Part shown: in pieces, positions 14,101 through 25,689 of the stretch
Layout: each line of letters begins with the position of its first letter
Numbering within the stretch: position 1 is the first letter of the stretch
Source of the DNA: Phoronis australis
Lineage: Eukaryota > Animalia > Phoronida
Length of the DNA: 64,000 bases
Direction: 5' to 3'
NCBI GenBank assembly: GCA_002633005.1
Contig: NMRA01000507.1
Span: forward strand, 186,001-250,000
Notes under the pieces: model-generated
Database searches by the model: none
The model's input: the letters and a program-made list of their open reading frames with translations, nothing else
What the model was told of the DNA's origin: nothing
Made by a program: the position numbers and the translations under genes

Positions 14101-14800
14101 CACAGGCGTCCTCAGCTTCTGATCATCCCCAGTACACTACATATAATACTACAAGGTATGACACTCCCGACTAGAAATTCCACGGGTGCTTTACTTCAGC
14201 CCTCTATAGCTAACATAAAACTCAATAAATTTACACAAAACAAGGTTTCAACAAACCACTGGTAATTGTTCTTTCTTCCAATACCATTCACGGTGTCCTG
14301 TTCCGGCGACTTCGTAAGAAATTCGCAATCAAAGAACAAAAATGTTCACAAAAAGCCCAAACACACTTCCATCTTGGACGGCTCGAGGTCAAGGACGGTA
14401 CGGAAATTGCCAGTTTGTCGCGTAAAATCACGATGTCGATATCGCCGTAAAGTCACGATGTTGATATCGCCGTCCATCCGTAATTCATCGGTAATTTCCG
14501 TACCGTCCTTGACCTCGAGCCGTCCAAGATGGAATTGTGTTTGGGCTTTTTGTGAACATTTTTGATCTTTGGCTGCGAATTTCTTACGAAGTCGCCGAAA
14601 GAGGACACCGTGAATGGTATTGGAAGAAAGAACAATTACCAATGGTTTGTTGAAACCTTGTTTTGTGTAAATTTACTGAGTTTTATGTTAGCTATAGGGG
14701 GCTGAAGTGAAGCACGCGTGGAATTTCTTGTCGGGAGTGTCATACCTTGTAGTATTATATGTAGTGTACTGGGGACGATAAGAAGCTGAGGACGCCTGTG
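14101..14800. mobile_element. 700-bp foldback MITE (~310-bp arms), 8-bp TSD (hAT- or P-type)
   Basis: CACAGGCGTCCTCAGC...GCTGAGGACGCCTGTG, flanked by GTGCGTTC/GTGCATTC. The mirror ORFs in the track come from this symmetry. Confidence 0.88.
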
Positions 14801-15348
14801 GTGCATTCCACTCTCCAACCTGCAACTTGCCTCAGTTAGTGAGATGTGTGTGTACATGTAAATGGCTGCTTGACACCGATCAATTTGCTTCGTGTCAGTT
14901 GCGCCGGGCCAAAAGTTGATGTGTAAACAGAACACTACATGGTTCGGCGGTCACTTTCAAACTGATGTACGTTAAGTACTTGGACGTGTGACGTCAGGAT
15001 AGAAGTAGGCGGAGCTAGAATTTTGATTCCTCCAAAGAATGGCGTTTTATTGTCCCACGCTCGTGCTCGTATTACCCATCCGTTTTGATACAAATAGATT
15101 CTCATACCTTCAAAGTAAAACTAAATGTCGTTGTCCATGATAAATTCATTTTCACCATCGACTGTTTTGTAAGGCATGGGACGTAACTGCTGAGTCCTTC
15201 AAGGAGATTTTAGACACCATCGGTTGACCACTTTTGAAGGGTTTGTCACTTTCTTGCTCTACTTCCTTGCCGTGGTCAGCAGTGGTAAATTTCCCTAGTG
15301 TGTTACCCATGAATGCACTTCTTTGATCGAAATGTATTTGTTTGTTAG

Positions 15349-15448
15349 GTGACAGGTGATAACAGTGAAGAATGCCTTGCCAAGAACTGTTCAGCGGGAC
15401 CCGCTTATTGTCGTAAAGAGTGTGATAACAACACTGCTACGTGTCTCG
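15349..15448 (+). CDS. Exon 2: Cys-rich (EGF-like?) linker
   Basis: tttgtttgttag|GTG...CTCG|gtatgt. 100 nt, phase 0 to 1. Translates VTGDNSEECLAKNCSAGPAYCRKECDNNTATCL with no stop and bridges the phases of exons 1 and 3. Confidence 0.75.
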
Positions 15449-15709
15449 GTATGTTCACTCAGATGCCATGCCAACTTGCGTTTAGGCACGAGCCAACCAG
15501 GCATTTCTGATGAAGTAACACTTCTGCCACACCGAAATCGGAGCAGCCATGCATTATGAAGGCAAAGGCACTATTGCATCTGTGATCGTTATTCGTTAAA
15601 AGGATACTGAACCATGCTGGCATCAATCTTCCATGTTCAACGTAGAAATCGATTAAAAACTCACACTTCCTATGTCATAGATTGGACATCATGGTCCTTG
15701 GTGGGTGGT

Positions 15710-15866
15710 CAGGGGAGGGTCCAGGATTTTGTGTTGGGGGGGGGGCAGGGCAGAGTATTAGCCAGGATTTGCCCTTCAGGCAGTCTCACCCCCGAAGTGC
15801 CAAATGGAATTTGAAAGACTTTTAGGGGGCCATGGTCCCCTTGGCCCCCCTCTAAATCCGCCACTG
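15710..15866. mobile_element. MITE with CAG..CTG termini and 5-bp TSD (same family as 6364 and 33906)
   Basis: CAGGGGAGGGTCCAGGATTTT...TAAATCCGCCACTG, flanked by GTGGT/CTGGT. Confidence 0.75.
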
Positions 15867-17414
15867 CTGGTCTATTCTCATAGTTGCACTGTAATTCGCT
15901 AAAACGGTAGGTCACGCTTGCTTCTTCAGCAGACTTTAAAAGGGTTTTTGAAATTTCCTACAATTTTTTAGGGTTGTTGAGGGTTACAGAGCATAATTTT
16001 GTTCCAGAGATCTGGGTGGGTATGTCGTTTTTAGTTTCTGTTGATAGGCCCAAACCTGGTTTGGTATCCTTTTAGGGATTTTAAAAGACTTACCATTTTC
16101 TTGTTTCCTGCATGTGAGTTCATTGTTAAGATCCCAAAAGTCCTATACATTGATTTGCTTGATAACAGTTCCTAAGTTTTAAACGTAATGTACATAGACC
16201 TTGAGGTGACTTAGCAACGAGCGTAAGAAAACCAGGCGGTTCTACAACAACGTACACATCCTGAACCTTTTCTAAAGAAAAGTCACGTGGGCACAATCAG
16301 AAATGTGATTTGCCCAACATTTAAGTTTCAAATGTAGAATGATTAAAGACTTTGCTTGGCGTGGCAATCTGTTACTGTACTTCCTTATTAAGAAGGAGGG
16401 TTAAATATCCTAGATTGAAAATAATTAGAAACATCCTCATGTTAACTGGATCAAACGTTTAAATCTAAAAGAAAACGGTAGTTAAAAATTATATCCCAAA
16501 TATATAATTGCGAAGTTGAGCGGCGATCTGATTTCATTTTCAAATTTTCGCTTAAGGAATTTGAAAATACAAATAAAAAATCCTTTCTGTTTGGAACTGT
16601 TTGAAGTGGGACTTTTATTTTGTGAAGATTTTCTAGATAGTGAAAATAAAATTCTAAGTTATCAATTTATTAAAAGTAAATACAGTCTTAAGAATGTGTG
16701 CGTATTGTCATACAAAGCGGTTACCAATGAATTGACGAAGCATATGACGATCTATAATTGAGATCCATTTGCTGTAACAGCTTATATTTAATAGATTATG
16801 ACAGTCGTAGTGAGGATTGAGTCAAAAAACTCCATTTTACATACATTTGCACAAAACCCGATAATTTTGTACCGTCAAGTTATTATAATAATGAAAAAAA
16901 TTAAAGAACTTTACTATCATTATACAACGTTCACCCTTCCCATCAATCTAGAATTAAAGAGTTTTAAACGACTCTTTACACATGAGCTAATATTTATAAG
17001 TATGACTTTATACAAGATTGGAGTATTCCTACTTGTGAGAAGATACAGACATTTCAGTCTTCATCTCTGGGGTGTCATAGGTTTTTTCAGAACTCCAAGA
17101 CAGATCACAAATTAGTTCTTAACACCATTTATACACTCGCACTTTTCTTCATCTGCCGAAATACAAAGGTGGAAAAAGTTCCCATTTTTAATAATTTCAA
17201 ACTGAAGTTACACGCGTTTATAAGCACTACTCTAACGGATACCTCGGACAAAAACCTGAATAAGAGGAGAGGTCTGCGCTCACGTCTTTAGTTATTATCC
17301 TGGAAAGGCACAGGAATCTTCCGTTATATTGACATTTGAACAGTTAGTACCTGCTGTTGTTACACAACGTTATGCATTAGATCAGAATTTTCGTATCGAT
17401 TTATTTATCATATA

Positions 17415-17590
17415 TGTTCGAGTATGTATAAATTATTACATGGCGAAGTCGTTATCCCCAGTATTCTACAGCGTGAGTGGATTTTGGCGTTAGCCCCGAG
17501 GGCAATAATTCTCCTAAATCCACGAGGGCTCTAGATAAGGGGGGGGAGCGACTGAGAAGATGTAATAATCTGTTTATACCAAACTGAACG
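17415..17590. repeat. Small imperfect palindrome (Crypton-like non-autonomous element?)
   Basis: gtataaattattacat..agtcg..cccc..gtggattt pairs with aaatccac..gggg..cgact..atgtaataat..ttatac around a ccccgagggc centre. Confidence 0.5.
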
Positions 17591-18070
17591 AGAAACATTG
17601 CAATGAATCGATCTACATTTGTCGACTCACCCCGACTTTGTAACTACTTTCCATGTCTGAGGCCCGGGGTCGGAGGTCGTGACCTTTTAAGAAAAGCCGA
17701 GCTATTTTTTCAAATAATGCTTTTACTCAAAATGAAAATTTAAACAAAATAGAAATAAGGTGAATCTATGAATTAAGGTTTAGCAACTATTATAGCTTAC
17801 TACATATTTTATCACTCTAGGCTTCGACCAGGAAAATATCGTCTGCTAAAGCAGATTACTATTGGTAAATGAGTATAATGCTCAAGTCAAAGGATCCCGA
17901 CGACACGATACCCGAATTCAAATTGGAGATCGGTGATTTATAAGTGAGAGAACATGAAAGAAGAATTTCAATGAGTCTTAGCGTATAAATGTAGGTACAA
18001 TGCCCTTTGCTGAACATGCGATTGTCGTGCGTGCTCATTTAAGTATTCTATTTTTCCGTTCGATGACGTC

Positions 18071-18215
18071 AGCTGCTGAATGGTGTAGTGGTAAAGTTGA
18101 CGACTCGAAACACTTGCGGACCGGATTCGAAACCGGCCTCGGTTCCCGCCAGGATTCGAACCCGGGCCTTAAAAGTTCCGAGTCACCGACTTTACCACAA
18201 CACCACTCCGCGGCT
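18071..18215. pseudogene. Two convergent tRNA-derived (SINE-head-like) sequences
   Basis: The + copy has A-box TGGTGTAGTGG (18081) and B-box GGATTCGAAACC (18123). The - copy has A-box TGGTGTTGTGG and B-box GGTTCGAATCC (18152-18162). Cloverleaf stems are degraded. Confidence 0.7.
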
Positions 18216-18451
18216 GACGACACCAAACGAGAAAATAGAATACTTAATGAGCACACGCAACAATCACATGTTCAACAAAGGCCATTGTACCTACATTTAT
18301 ACCCTATGAAAAATAAGGCGTATAATTTCCATAAAAACGATATTTTAATTCAGTGAAATTTTTCTCCCGTGTTCTCTCACTTGTAAATCACCGATCTCCA
18401 ATTTGAATGCGGGTATTCTGTCGTCGGGATCCTTTGACTTGAGCGTTATAG

Positions 18452-21143
18452 CAAGGAGTGTAGTAGTATAGGAGAGTTCACGTGTGAGTTCGCTGTTACC
18501 GCTACTACTAGCGCCGCCAAGTGGTGACTAAGCAAATGTCAACCAGGAAGCTCTAAAACAATGGGGAAGGACGCATTTTGCAGTGCGATAAATTGCATGA
18601 ATTCATCCACGAAAACCTCAGACGTGTTATTTTTTAGGTTTCCTAAGGATCCAGAAAGGTAAGGATTATCAATAATATAATACATTGTCTTTCATTTTGT
18701 GTGTTCTGTTCACGGTTGTTAGACAAGTTGATCGCAATCCCGTTGCCATTGTTGTCTGCAGTGTAGGCTGGGCTGGACTGTACAGCCGGGCTGCCGGCGG
18801 AAGGACTATGACGAACGTACGGTGTGATCGTCAGCTTTTTGGATACTTGCAGTCCATGAATTCCAAATCAAAATTTAACCCGTACGATCGCAGGGATAAT
18901 TTTAGGAAAACGTACCCATGCCCATGGCCACGGGTTATATGACTCGGTCATGACACGGCCATGGCACAATCACAGCCACAGGGCCACAAGTCTATCATGA
19001 GTCAGTTTAGAGAATCTGTGGGTCTCGGTGAAAAGGTGAAAAAATCAACATAATTTTAATGTGCCAGTTGGACCAATTAAGTTAAGCAGTGCATCTTTGA
19101 AAACTTAATTCTATTTGTCAATGATGCGGGGAGCGCGGCCCTGTTAAAATATCCGTGGATCAACATTTTAGTCCGAGCTTTTTTCAGTTGACACCAAAAC
19201 ACTTTTGTCTCTATCACAATCACAGTACGACAGGAATTCTGTAGCGTAGTGTACTTTAGTGTAGGCTACCAGTCTTCTGCGAACCCAGTGAGTATGAGGT
19301 TTTTTCCTGAGTCTCTCAGTCATTGATTTCTGTACAAGTGCAAGCGCTGGGAGCTAACCTTATGAATAGAGATGCAGCCTATTTGTCCAAGAACTGCAAG
19401 TTATGCTCTCATCACTTCGAGGAGTCCATGTTCATGAATGAAGAACAAGCTGGTATTGACTGCAGTGCCCGAACAATATTTGATTTCCCGAATTCACCAA
19501 AAATGAAGATGTCAGGGTCAAAAAGTTCTCCGGAAATTATATTACAGCTCTGGAATAGGCTTTTTGCATTTCTGATTATCGTCTCACAAAGCAAGTACCG
19601 GAAAATCACGTGTAGAAAGGACGATTAGCCAAAATCTGGTTTTTGTATTTTACTAAGGTTGATCAGATTGAAACATTTTATGAATGGTTAGCCTGTGATT
19701 TGGAGAGAGCCAAAGTGAAACTGATGGATAATTCAGACGGTCTGAGTGTTGGGCTGAATTTTTGTTAAACCCAAGCAATCCGTATCATTTTGCTTCTGAT
19801 GACAAACACCTCTGTGAGTAAATTAGTTTTCAGCTTTATTTATAACGCATTTCTTTGGCGAAAAGTGCTGTTGTTTACTAGTGAATTAATAGAGAGTGAC
19901 AAGATTGGTCAGATTTTCTTGCTGTATTGGTTGGTGTATGTGTTGCATATTGTGTACGTTTTTGGAGATTGTGATTAATTTAAGCCCCAGTAGTGGCTAG
20001 GTATCAGATATGATCTTGTGGTCTGGCTTTAACTTACCTGATATATTTACTGTTATTGATAATAGGAACAGTGGGTACATAAAATAAAATTTTGGTTTTA
20101 TCATGCACGTCTTTTTAATTCAATTTTGTATGAAGCTATGTGGGTAGTGAATATTTTGATTGCTGTTCAGTACCTCTTAATTTTTTGTCATGTCATTTTG
20201 AACTTTGACTAGTTATGAGTGATGATATACTCAATGTTACTTCGTTTTGTAAGTTGTGAGCTATTCTACAGATTAGCAACTGACTGTGGGTGATTATAGT
20301 GAGAGAGTGGGATCGAGTTTACCCAAAACTGGTATGTCTAAAAAATAATGGAATGTTAAAAAATTGTGTTATGATTTTGTAGTAGTGATGAATTGCCTTG
20401 CTTTCTTCTTCTCACTTGTGTAACACCCACTGCACAAAACAATTGTCTGCATTGCTAGTAGCCTGGTGCATTGAATGGGGAACACATGCGAAATTGTTGG
20501 TTGGAGATGAAACCAGCAGTGAGCTGGGAGCAACATGTTTGTCAATGGTCAAATGTGTGACGATGGGAGGGGCTCAACACCCATGTGGCATACATACCCA
20601 TTGGTTTTTACTTGTTTAGCACTCCTCCATGTAACCCCCCTGGGAGGGAGTCAGCACCCATTTGGCGCCCACCTGGTTTTTGCCTGGTACCCCATTATCT
20701 GGCACCTGGGGGAATTCCCCTCTGAACCCCCAGGAGCAATGATTTAAATTTTGTAGTCCATGGAGGTATGAACTGTTGTAAGGAACGATAATTGTCTTGT
20801 TAAGAACTCAAGCATGAAACAAAACCATGATGGATTTTGAAGGGAGCTTCAAGAGAATAAAAACAAATACACTTTAATATTGATTAAAATACACATTTTC
20901 GTTCTCATTCAATTATAAGTAGGTGTTAGTTTATGTATTTTAACCATTTTCAATCACACAGTAATTTTATTGCACGATGAATGTCATTAAATTTGGGAAT
21001 TTATCAGTGTTTACATTGTTCGGACTGCGCTCCTAAGTAAGTGTTGATTATTCACCGCTTGGGGCGCCAGTGTTTCGACCGGTAACCATTGCGGCGAATG
21101 GTAAAATGGCGGAGTGAACTCTCCTGTACCAGTACACTCCTTG
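18452..21143 (+). mobile_element. Non-autonomous P-superfamily (Galileo-like) DNA transposon with THAP-domain remnant
   Basis: 30-bp TIRs (CAAGGAGTGTAGTAGTATAGGAGAGTTCAC, 3 mismatches) and a 7-bp TSD GTTATAG/ATTATAG. THAP exon 18561-18658 reads MGKDAFCSAINCMNSSTKTSDVLFFRFPKDPER|gtaag. A decayed second exon at ~19340-19500 contains KLCSHHFEESMF..TIFDFP. Confidence 0.88.
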
Positions 21144-21760
21144 ATTATAGTCAGTTACTAGTGGTAACCTACTTTAGCAGACGATATTTTCCCGGCCGAA
21201 GCTTAGCGTGATAAAATGTGTAGTAAGCTATAATAGTTGCTAAACCTTAATTTATAGATTCACTTTATTCCTATTTTGTTTAAATTTTCCATTGGTTTTG
21301 AGTAAAAGCATTATTTGCCAAGAAGCTCGACTTTTCTAAAAAGGTCACGACCTCCGACCCCGGGCCTCTGACATTGGGGCATAAGACATTCTCTTTCTAT
21401 GCAGCAGGTGACCCATTCTCCACAATTTTCTTTGGCACTTTCGTTTAGTATTATTTTTTCATTAATAAACATGCAGTATATTTTACTTCTAGCTCGTGGA
21501 AAGATACTTGAGTACAAAACCTTACACATATCCTATATTGAATCAGGCAGCGTCTGCGGTCAACCGTCAAAGTGACAATTTGGTTTCATTTGAAAAGTCG
21601 TTTCTATGCGCTGTTTTACAACAAACATTTGTCTTGGTAACAAAGGGTTATAAAATGCTTAATTATTATATCTCTTTTGAGTCAGACGGACATAAAATGC
21701 ATGGACAGCTGTGATAATTAGTAAAATTTATCTATATTAAACCGTTTATATTTGTTGCAG

Positions 21761-21855
21761 CTATATTACAGGACTGTGCTGAAATTCCAGTCTCGAACAT
21801 TCGGCATTTTTACTGGCCAAATTTTGAAAGTCACGAACATTCGGGGACAGTGTTG
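21761..21855 (+). CDS. Exon 3: CTHRC1-C repeat 1, N-terminal part
   Basis: tttgttgcag|CT...TTG|gtatgt. 95 nt, phase 1 to 0. (A)ILQDCAEIPVSNIRHFYWPNFESHEHSGTVL aligns with exons 6 and 9 and with the CTHRC1 NYKQCSW...GKIA segment. Confidence 0.8.
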
Positions 21856-23821
21856 GTATGTTCGCTGCACGTTAGTCCTTGTACTCTGTTGTAAAGAATT
21901 GTCTGTGAACGTTGTGAACATCATGTCTGTTTTCATTAAAAGCAACAGTTTATATCATAACAAAAGTACAATTTTCCGATTCCAAGAAATTTTGTGGGCG
22001 CCGACCGGAATGTAGTCGGAAGCTTTGGCAGGGAGTCGCTGTCAAAAATCATCAATTTAGATGCATAATCCGGCAAAGCTAGAAAACCCTTCTCTGCTCG
22101 GTTGATTACTCAATCACAGGACTTCGGCATACCATGGGGCTACGTTGTTTGATATCCGAAGGCGATCACTCAATGGCCTACACACTTCCGGCCGATTTCA
22201 AATAGTCGATTGACATCAACGGCCGTCGCTCGAAGTGTGGTTGATGCCTGGCAGATTTATACACCATAGTCTGCTGAATCATGTTGCAGCAGGCTAGCCC
22301 GGCATCAGTTTTAATTTTGTAGCCACTGCAATCTCTCCGATAGAAATTCCAGGAGATAGTACGTGGCCTTTCGGATATAGTTCGCACCATCGACTGGATC
22401 CACCAAACATCACACGATATGTGATTAATGACTTTGGCAAATATTGGAAGATGTTTGCCAACACGCCGACTTTGTATATCCCGAGGACGTATTGTGATTG
22501 AACGATCTGATCGGGTCAGCACAAACTGCGATGGCAGAGAGGTTCCGAGGTGGAATCGACGAGTTTGTGGAGAAAATGGTTAGTACTGCCGGTAGCTGAG
22601 CGATGATTACATAGAAGACTGTGAATGGTGTCGGCCTGGCCTCTATGTTTAAGTCAGCAATCGTTGCATTATCGGAAATTCCGACTTTTCAATCATAGTA
22701 GGACGACAGATCTTATTGATTTTGTCTAATATCGACTAGCGATCGCTCACAGATTACTCAGTAGATTTGATTAGTCGACTGACGTTAACAGCAAACTGCC
22801 GACTTCAAGCAAAGTCCCATGAATATCTCCCTGATTTGTTGGTCTACATGATACTCTGTTGCTTGTAGTCTTGGTGTGTGGAGTAGCATCAATTTCACAT
22901 TGTTCATATGTGATCTCTGCTCTCGATCCGACCGAAAAGCTACTCAACAGGTGCGCGACAGGTACGCAACATGTTTGTACCAAGCAGGAAATTTTGCGAC
23001 GCTCGCCGTGCGACATTTTGATACTTAACGGCGCTAAATATTCAATATTGGTAAAACTCCATATGCAATTTGATACGGCAGGTCTGTAACAAAAAATCGC
23101 CGAGTAATATTGTACGATAGTTACACGACGAAAGAAAGCCTGACGTAGAACAATTGAGGGTCTAAAACTGTTTAACATGTCGTGCGATAGTCTTACAACC
23201 GTCTTACGTTACACGCACGATAGTCGTTAGAACATTTCACCATCACACGCCCATCATGTGACTATTGTGCACTCACGTTAGGACTACAAATCCAAGGCAA
23301 ATGCAAACACGACAATACCTTTGACGATCGTGTGACTGTCCGAACTTGCATCGTTTCTTCATTACCATCGCACGCCCAAAGTAACAAGGCCTTAAGGCAA
23401 TAGCCAACTAAAAGTAGTTGTTGACTTCCGTATACATATTGGCTACCACATTAGGATTGCGCACGCCCGCAGTTAATGACCGCTGGTTTTGAGTCGCGAA
23501 GGAGAATACTAACACTTCGATAGTGCAGAATTGTGTAGAATGGCTCGCGGTTGACAGATTTTTCTTAGCTTTGCTCTGAGTTACCAAACTAATTTACAAT
23601 TAACTACTCTGGTGCAAAAAACGTTTTCGCTACAAATTACTGGGCATTTAATCTAACCTTACCCTTGTTGCCCACGTTCAGGCATACCTGCATTGTAATG
23701 GCTGACACTAACAAATCTGGAGCGTTGCAGCGCGTTACACTTCGTCTTTAAATTCCTTGAACATGACACAGTGCACGTTTGACAGGATGTCTAGCTTTAA
23801 AATGTTCATATTTTGTTTTAG

Positions 23822-24020
23822 AGTGTACTCTACAGGAAAAAGTACAACTTTACTGGCCTGAGGGTTCAATTCCGCGGAGTTTTAGGAACTGGCAAACATG
23901 CGGATTCCAGTTGCAGCCGATGGCACTTCAGGTTTGACAACAAAGAGTGTCAAAATCCAGGAACTATAGAAGTGGTGTGGCTCAATGGCATGCCCTCGGA
24001 TTATTACAGACCTTCACGGG
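23822..24020 (+). CDS. Exon 4: CTHRC1-C repeat 1, middle part
   Basis: ttttgttttag|AGT...CGGG|gtaaga. 199 nt, phase 0 to 1. SVLYRKKYNFTGLRVQFRGVLGTGKHADSSCSRWHFRFDNKECQNPGTIEVVWLNGMPSDYYRPSR resembles CTHRC1 [27 protein letters not shown]. Not in the ORF track. Confidence 0.88.
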
Positions 24021-24313
24021 GTAAGACATTCACTCGTTTGAAACTTTAGGTTTGTTACCTCCGCTAATAAAGTTGAGAGACGTAATAAAATAGAATAAAA
24101 TAAAATAAGAAAATTTTTGTGGAACTTCGTGAAGTCGATTTGACTTTGTGGTTGTTTGTCCAGTGACGTCACTTTTTTCTCATTCGTTCTCAACATATCA
24201 TTGTCTTGCATTGCAAGAACCCCAACTGTTGATGCGGGGGCAAAAAAGGAGGCCAGCATTTTGAAACTTGAGATGTTTTCTCCAGATGGAAGTGTTTCTT
24301 CCTTTGATAGAAT

Positions 24314-24314
<1 letters not shown>

Positions 24315-24361
<47 letters not shown>
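24315..24361. repeat. (GT)n microsatellite in intron 4
   Basis: Uninterrupted GT run. Confidence 0.95.
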
Positions 24362-24363
<2 letters not shown>

Positions 24364-24535
24364 CGCGCGTATCATTTCAATATTCCTGGCTATGGTAAAC
24401 ACTAGTAAGAGCGTTGTTGGGAAAATGAACCTAAACTATCGTTCAATGGAAAATTACGAATTGTTTCTTTTACAGAAGAACATTAAGTAGTTCAAGCAAC
24501 CAAAACACAGTTGTTTTTACCTGTATATATTATAG

Positions 24536-24691
24536 TTGATGGCATTTGTGAAGGCCTGCTCGCCGGGGACATTAACATCTCGTTTGAAGTTGGAAATTGT
24601 AGAGGATATCCTGTATCGACTAGCTCAACTGGAATGACTGGAGTGGGAGTCTCGCTTACAGTAGAGGAAAACGACTTGAGTACTAGTTTGG
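24536..24691 (+). CDS. Exon 5: CTHRC1-C repeat 1, C-terminal part
   Basis: tatag|TT...TTGG|gtaaag. 156 nt, phase 1 to 1. (V)DGICEGLLAGDINISFEVGNCRGYPVSTSSTGMTGVGVSLTVEE resembles CTHRC1 [44 protein letters not shown]. Confidence 0.88.
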
Positions 24692-25689
24692 GTAAAGATT
24701 TAAGTTTAAGTTAACAACTTGATGATTTCAAACCAACTCAGGGGAAATGTAGATTTTTAAAGGAAATTTCTAAGCGAACGGAAAAAATTTAAACAAATTA
24801 AAAAATAAAAGTCATTAATTTTGTGGCCCCGATTATTGTTGTGTAAGAAAAGAGATTAGTGGTAGGTTCATTGCAATCACTTTTCCAACAGATGGTTTGA
24901 CTTACAAAAGATGTAAAGAAAATTTTCACCTTTTCATCTTCTATACCGTCCGTTCAGCTTCATTACTTGGTAAAAAATTTGTTTGCATTACATTTCGTTT
25001 CACTCAGTGTTCATTCATTAAGGCTGGAGAAGTATCTCAGTAAGTATTTTTTAATGTGCAGAAACTAATTTATGAAACAACAGTGACAGTTTATTCATGC
25101 AAAATGAACGAAAAAGATTTTAATATCGACATTCAAAAGTTGATAAACGTAGTCAAAACATAAATTGTCATAGATTGACAAATTTAAGCAGTTTTTGAAT
25201 TGGTCCACTAGCAGAGCACGCTCTGCAGACCAAGTTTCTAGCAAACTCAAGCAAAACTACACGAGTGAAAGGCGAGTATTTCGCCAGTTGACCTTAAACT
25301 ACTCCAAAATGGCGGCCACTGAAATGATTGTTCAGTGAAGTTGGAATGTTTAGTCATGAAATTAAACGCACGAATTATGGCATCTAATTCCTTGTTCAAT
25401 TCCATGCAAGCGAAGGTTTTCGCCGCAAGTACATGACTTATGTCTTGGGATAAAGGAACGACAGCCACGCTACTTCAAAAGCCATTGAGTACTCCACGAC
25501 CACTTGGTCATGACAATAAAAGCGTCGTGCGATAGTCTTCTAACTCCGAGCACACACGTATGGAAATCTTAGCAGCTTTTGTGCAGGATTATTGGCTAGG
25601 AGCGTGTCTCGTATCGCAATTACGAGGTACAGATCGCCTCATTATGCGTTATCTCCCTGCTTAAAACTTCTTACGTTGGAGTGCAAGAA

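Larger units (their letters stand above)
17653..21374. mobile_element. Foldback element (~485-bp arms) with a tRNA-like apex; right arm split by a P/Galileo-like insertion
   Basis: 17653-18137 is the reverse complement of 18147-18451 plus 21151-21374. Examples: ggcccggggtcggaggtcgtgacc / ggtcacgacctccgaccccgggcc and gctcaagtcaaaggatcccgacgac / gtcgtcgggatcctttgacttgagc. Confidence 0.85.

Noticed and set aside
13817-14924. Possible outer CAC-terminated (EnSpm-like) element around the 14101 MITE
   Set aside because: The end similarity (tacac..ctgacac vs gtgtcag..gtgta) is too degenerate to call.
13939-14935. Pairs of similar ORFs on opposite strands (e.g. 14266-14565 + and 14453-14635 -)
   Set aside because: They are mirror images produced by the palindromic MITE and have no protein motifs.
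18071-18215. Functional tRNA genes
   Set aside because: A and B boxes are present, but the acceptor and anticodon stems do not pair well and one copy has an internal TTTT. Treated as tRNA-derived.
12808-21760. A collagen Gly-X-Y exon between the PAN exon and the first CTHRC1-type repeat
   Set aside because: I looked for GGN-periodic coding sequence and found none. The G-rich stretches belong to MITEs. A very short exon cannot be fully excluded without transcripts.
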